Shown one piece after another: positions 57,315-61,095 of a stretch of 61,095 nt of DNA. The notes beneath the pieces were generated by a model that saw only the letters and a program-made list of their open reading frames with translations, ran no database searches and was not told the DNA's origin. Position 1 is the first letter of the stretch; every line of letters starts with the position of its first letter. The stretch spans positions 1 to 61,095 of the forward strand of contig CAZZBO010000002.1 in NCBI GenBank assembly GCA_964652345.1, in the 5' to 3' direction. The translations under genes were made by a program, and so were the position numbers. This stretch comes from an uncultured Candidatus Saccharibacteria bacterium (lineage in GTDB: Bacteria; Patescibacteriota; UBA1384; CAZZBO01).

Positions 57315-59699
57315 TTATATTACAAAATTCACAATTTTAAAAGGTATTACTATTATCTTTTTAATTTCATTTTCTTTTTTAATGATATTTTTCTTCTTCA
57401 GATCGTTTATTGCAAGATTTTTTAGCTCTTCCTGGGTAGTTGATCGATCTATAGTTATTATAGATTTAAATTTACCATTTATCTGAATTGGTATTTGAAA
57501 ATTAGTTTCTTGAATATTTTCATATTTTGGCCAGCTTGCATTAAATATTGAATCATTATGACCAATTTTATGCCACAATTCTTCGGATAAAAAAGGAAAA
57601 ATTGGTGATAATATAATTAAAATTGTCTCAGCTTCATCTTTTGTAAGGTTTTCATTTTCGATATGATTGAAAAATTTCATCACTAAAGACAATGCTACAT
57701 TTGTTTTAAAAGATTCAATTGCTTGAGTATATTCCTGAACCAATGTTTTCAGTTCTTTGCGAATTTTTGATTTTTCTTTTTTTATATTTGAAAGAATTTT
57801 ATTAATCTTTATCAAAAAACGATAAATCCCATTTATGCCATCCGTTGACCATTCTGAAGCTTGATCATTTGGTCCAATAAACATTTCATAGCCACGCAAT
57901 GCATCCGTACCATAATACTTAACCAATCCATCAGGATTTATTACATTTCCTTTTGATTTACTCATCTTGGCTCCCTGAAAATATATTAATCCGATTCCAA
58001 ATAATTTTGTAAAGGGCTCTTTGAAATTGATATATTTTTTTGAAGCTAAAAATTTTGTGATAAACCTTGAATATAAAAGATGCTTTGTAGCATGTTCTAC
58101 CCCACCAATATATTGATCTACGGGCATCCAATTATTAATAATTTGGGAAGAAAAAATATCTTTTTTGTTTTTGTTATCCAAATATCTAAAGTAATACCAA
58201 GAGCTATCTACAAATGTATCAAGCGTGTCTGTTTCTCTTTTGGCTTTTTCTTTACATTTTGGACATAGACAATTTACAAATTCATCAAGTGACGCAAGAG
58301 GAGACTTTCCTTTTGGTTGAAAATCTTCCATATGTGGGAGAAGAACAGGTAAACTTTGCTCATCGACAGGTACTATACCACATTTTTCACAGTAGATTAT
58401 TGGTATTGGAGCTCCCCAATATCTTTGTCTTGACACCAACCAATCACGCAAACGATAAACGGTCGAGAATTCACAATTACTATTTGATGACACCATTTTT
58501 TGTGTTGCTTGCTCTGAAGACATACCGGAATATATTTCTGAATCAATAAGATATCCGAATTCTTCAAATGGCTTATCAATGACTTTAAAATCAAGCTTTT
58601 CTTTTATGGGCGAGATTACTGTTTTTATGGGCAATTTGAATACTTTTGCAAAATCAAAATCTCTTTTATCATGCGCTGGCACTGACATAATCACTCCGCT
58701 TCCATAATCTGGAAGTATGTAATCAGCAACATAAATAGGAATAGCTTGATTTGTAAACGGATTAATTGCTTTTATTTCTATATCTAGACCAGTTTTTTTA
58801 TGTTTTAGATCCGCTCTGTCAATATCGCTAATTTTATTTATTTGTTCTCTATACTGGTATAGTTTTTTTAGCACTTGTTTATCTTTGACGATTTGATCCA
58901 AAATTAAATTTTCTGGAGCTATCGCTATGAAGGTTGCTCCAAAAATAGTATCGATTCTCGTAGTAAATACTTCAAGGACTGTATTTTTGTTTTGAATTTG
59001 AAATTTTACTTTAGCGCCTTTTGACTTTCCTATCCAATTTGTCTGTAAAATTTTAATAGTTTCCGGCCAATCTAATTTTTCTAGACCAGAAAGCAACTCT
59101 TCAGCATACTGTGTGATTTTAAAATACCACTGCTTAAGATTTTTTTTAATTATTTGATTATCACATCGTTCACATCGATTATTTTTTACTTGTTCATTTG
59201 CCAGTACTGTTTGGCAAGATGGACACCAATTCACTTTTCCTTTTTTTTGATAGGCAAGACCATCTTTATAAAGCTGCAGGAAAAGCCATTGGGTCCATTT
59301 GTAGTATTCTAAATCGGATGTATCTAAAGATTTATCCCAATCATACAAAGAACCAGTTTCATCAAGCTGTCTTGTGAAATTTTTTATAGCTTGTTTCGTT
59401 CTAATACTAGGATGAACACCTTCAAGTATTGCAGAGTTTTCCGCAGGAAGTCCAAAAGAATCAAAACCCATTGGATGTATCACTTCATATCCTTGTAATT
59501 TTTTTGTTCTTGCTAGTACATCAGATAAAACATACCCTCTCCAATGCCCCACGTGAAGCCCATGACCTGACGGATAGGGAAACATATCCAAGCAATAAAA
59601 ATGATTCTTTTTTGAATTTAAATCAGTTTTGGAAATATTATTTATTTTCCAATATTCTTTCCATTTTTTTTCAATTTTTTGATGATTGTAAGATTCCAT
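57315..59699 (-). CDS. leuS: leucine--tRNA ligase
   Basis: 794 aa. HIGH-type PSGHGLHVGHW and KMSKS (GAKMSKSKGN). The CP1 editing region is present. Confidence 0.97.
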   Translation of the reverse strand: MESYNHQKIEKKWKEYWKINNISKTDLNSKKNHFYCLDMFPYPSGHGLHVGHWRGYVLSDVLARTKKLQGYEVIHPMGFDSFGLPAENSAILEGVHPSIRTKQAIKNFTRQLDETGSLYDWDKSLDTSDLEYYKWTQWLFLQLYKDGLAYQKKGKVNWCPSCQTVLANEQVKNNRCERCDNQIIKKNLKQWYFKITQYAEELLSGLEKLDWPETIKILQTNWIGKSKGAKVKFQIQNKNTVLEVFTTRIDTIFGATFIAIAPENLILDQIVKDKQVLKKLYQYREQINKISDIDRADLKHKKTGLDIEIKAINPFTNQAIPIYVADYILPDYGSGVIMSVPAHDKRDFDFAKVFKLPIKTVISPIKEKLDFKVIDKPFEEFGYLIDSEIYSGMSSEQATQKMVSSNSNCEFSTVYRLRDWLVSRQRYWGAPIPIIYCEKCGIVPVDEQSLPVLLPHMEDFQPKGKSPLASLDEFVNCLCPKCKEKAKRETDTLDTFVDSSWYYFRYLDNKNKKDIFSSQIINNWMPVDQYIGGVEHATKHLLYSRFITKFLASKKYINFKEPFTKLFGIGLIYFQGAKMSKSKGNVINPDGLVKYYGTDALRGYEMFIGPNDQASEWSTDGINGIYRFLIKINKILSNIKKEKSKIRKELKTLVQEYTQAIESFKTNVALSLVMKFFNHIENENLTKDEAETILIILSPIFPFLSEELWHKIGHNDSIFNASWPKYENIQETNFQIPIQINGKFKSIITIDRSTTQEELKNLAINDLKKKNIIKKENEIKKIIVIPFKIVNFVI

Positions 59700-59731
59700 T
59701 GATATAATTTTAGCAAATTTTTTCTTGATTG

Positions 59732-60793
59732 TTAAGAGAAATTAATGTTTTGTTTGTATTTTTTTCTGATTAAATATGCTTTATACCAAAACGACTCAAT
59801 TATTAGATCATAAAAATCACTAAACTCAATCAGCTCACCTCCAAATTTTGTTTTAAATTGAGATATACCTTCCCATCCTCTATGCGTAATTTTGCTACCT
59901 AAATCAATACCGCCAAAATTATACCATTTTAAGTTTCTTTTTTTTGCTTCTTTGATTGCCACCCAATGCACCAAATATGTTGCCATCAAATTATTATATT
60001 CACGGTTTGATCCACCAAAAGGATAATACGCGGTATTTCCGTAAAATATTATATAGTAAGCTACTATTGGTTTTTTTTCATATTCAGCGACTATTAGAAT
60101 CTGATCGTTCTTAATGGATGCAATTTCAAAAATTTTTTTATAATAATTTTTTTGTCTTAAAGTATACTTACCTCTTATAGCTGTTTGATGCATAAGCTTA
60201 TAAAAATCATCAAAATAGTTTAATAAGCTTTTTCCTGAGAGAATTTTTATATTAATATTCTTTTTTTGAGCTAATTTAATATTATAGCGAGTTTTTTGGT
60301 GCATAGATTTCAATAGATCTTCTTCTGATTTTTGAATATCAAGAACCCAGTCATATTTTGAGAGGAAATTAGCCCCATAATATGAATAAATTGGAGATTT
60401 TTTATATTTTTTTTCAAACAACATCTCAAGTTGTTTTTCTTTTATAAGCGGAAAGAGATCAAATCTTACAAACGCGCAATTGTTTTGTTTTGCAAGTATA
60501 TTTAATTGTTCTGTCAATTGATTTATTAGATCGTTTGACAGCTTACTTTTAAATATTGGCCCGTGTGGTATGTATAGATAATTTTTGTTTTTAAAAAGAT
60601 TGATCTTTATCGCTAAAAAAGATCCGATAAATATATCTTTATGTAAAATTGCATACTTAAATACTTCATTGTTTGAATTTTCTTGCCACAATCCATAAAA
60701 ATCGCTTTGCGTAAAATACGAGCTAGCATTTAAAAGCAGGGGATTATATTTTTTAAAATTCTCTAGTTGTATAAACTGGTATTTATTATTCAC
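59732..60793 (-). CDS. FemAB-family peptidoglycan interpeptide-bridge aminoacyltransferase (FemX/MurM-like)
   Basis: 353 aa. GTG start. TRYNIKLAQKKNI, GGSNREYNNLMATYLVHWVAIKEAKKRNLKWYNFGG and FKTKFGG. Confidence 0.8.
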   Translation of the reverse strand: MNNKYQFIQLENFKKYNPLLLNASSYFTQSDFYGLWQENSNNEVFKYAILHKDIFIGSFLAIKINLFKNKNYLYIPHGPIFKSKLSNDLINQLTEQLNILAKQNNCAFVRFDLFPLIKEKQLEMLFEKKYKKSPIYSYYGANFLSKYDWVLDIQKSEEDLLKSMHQKTRYNIKLAQKKNINIKILSGKSLLNYFDDFYKLMHQTAIRGKYTLRQKNYYKKIFEIASIKNDQILIVAEYEKKPIVAYYIIFYGNTAYYPFGGSNREYNNLMATYLVHWVAIKEAKKRNLKWYNFGGIDLGSKITHRGWEGISQFKTKFGGELIEFSDFYDLIIESFWYKAYLIRKKYKQNINFS

Positions 60794-60920
60794 AAATCAA
60801 GTATATCACTAATCTCCTTGAGATAAAGAGTAAATATATTTACTTTAAGCTTCATAAGTAATCTACTTTAGATGCGTTTGTTGGAAAAAGTCAGAACTCA
60901 TTTTGAATAAAATCCCAAAT

Positions 60921-61095
60921 GATCGGGTCGGTTAGCTCGCCCAAAACTCGAGCGAAACGGCTAATTCAATATGGTGGTGTGTTCTCGCTTCTGCTCGAAC
61001 TTTTTTTGAACAAAATGGTGAATAATCTTCGAGCCCTGCTCGTGCGACCGCTTTTCCTCCCCACACCCCTTCCTTTTTGCCCGCGCGAGGCAACT
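60921..61095. other. GC-rich structured segment at the window edge (unassigned: RNA element or edge of a foreign-composition gene)
   Basis: Hairpins are GCTCG (60935-60939)/CGAGC (60949-60953), CGAGC (61030-61034)/GCTCG (61038-61042) and TTGCC (61077-61081)/GGCAA (61089-61093). The GCTCG/CGAGC words recur five times. My hand counts give 38% GC for line 60961 and 55% for line 61021. Partial ORFs are open to the edge on both strands. Confidence 0.3.
60981..61007 (+). terminator. terminator-like hairpin plus T7
   Basis: GTTC-TC-GC (60981-60988) / GC-TC-GAAC (60993-61000). Six Watson-Crick pairs with a 2x2 internal mismatch, loop TTCT, then TTTTTTT (61001-61007). Confidence 0.35.

Noticed and set aside
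60921-60975. Partial resemblance to fluoride (CGCCCAAAAC ... GGCUAAU) or ZTP (GGGUCG...) riboswitch cores, and a CGAAAC that recalls a hammerhead core.
   Set aside because: The required partner elements are absent. These are the GAUGG pseudoknot strand and CCUAC for fluoride, CCGCCUGGGC for ZTP, and CUGAUGA for the hammerhead.
61042-61062. The minus-strand GGGGAGGAAAAGCGGUCGCAC resembles the RNase P RNA CR-I/P4 motif GAGGAAAGUCCGGGCUC.
   Set aside because: None of the other conserved RNase P blocks (ACAGAA..GGCUUA, AGAUGAAU, GUAAC..) occur in the ~300 nt that would follow on that strand. That stretch turns AT-rich and runs into the femX-like gene. The match is probably a chance purine-rich similarity, though only a cmsearch can settle it.
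1-61095. Alternative genetic code (UGA recoding, as in some CPR lineages).
   Set aside because: TGA terminates conserved genes at the expected length (for example infA, rpsQ, infB and map), and long conserved ORFs contain no in-frame TGA. The standard bacterial code fits.
1-61095. CRISPR arrays, IS elements, integrases, toxin-antitoxin pairs and defence-system genes.
   Set aside because: Reading through all intergenic spacers (none over 320 nt) and all track ORFs, I saw no spaced direct repeats, no terminal inverted repeats, and no transposase, integrase, nuclease or defence-like proteins. A computational repeat search would be needed to be certain.

Overview
This 61-kb segment of a bacterial chromosome is very AT-rich (about 28-35% GC by my hand counts of typical 60-nt lines) and extremely gene-dense. 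It uses the standard genetic code: TGA, TAA and TAG all end conserved genes at the expected length.

I can support 66 protein genes, 30 of them ribosomal proteins. I saw no rRNA or tRNA gene, no CRISPR array and no transposase or integrase.

Layout:
- A 5'-truncated mosaic multidomain gene (3-1832).
- uvrA (-) and uvrB (-), bracketing a small coiled-coil gene and a GC-rich hairpin element.
- 57 consecutive plus-strand genes (7635-55970). In order: a membrane protein plus an atypical membrane-anchored Clp/Hsp100 ATPase; a small basic protein; two glycan-synthesis genes; gyrB-gyrA-infB-cdaA-cdaR-obg; rpoB-rpoC; the str/S10/spc/alpha ribosomal super-operon with secY-adk-map-infA-rpmJ; rplM-rpsI-rbfA; pheS-pheT-aspS; and a D,D-carboxypeptidase.
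- A minus-strand unit of femX-like-leuS-rpmF-nusB-rnc.
- A GC-rich structured 3' edge.

Three features suggest a streamlined organism like the Candidate Phyla Radiation (CPR)/Patescibacteria: there is no rpmD (L30), many housekeeping proteins are domain-minimised, and start/stop overlaps are pervasive. This is inference only.

The window is mostly core housekeeping DNA. I do not see a clear-cut new multi-gene system. The items most worth a second look are:
- the membrane-tethered Clp-like ATPase pair, which has non-canonical catalytic motifs;
- two GC-rich structured non-coding islands (4999-5100 and 60921-61095);
- the mosaic edge gene;
- two envelope genes wedged between secY and adk;
- an RNA polymerase alpha subunit that lacks its C-terminal domain.

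All calls come from reading translations and motifs by eye; no database search was possible. Where a start differs from the ORF track, it is my choice based on Shine-Dalgarno (SD) sequences, overlaps and N-terminal conservation.
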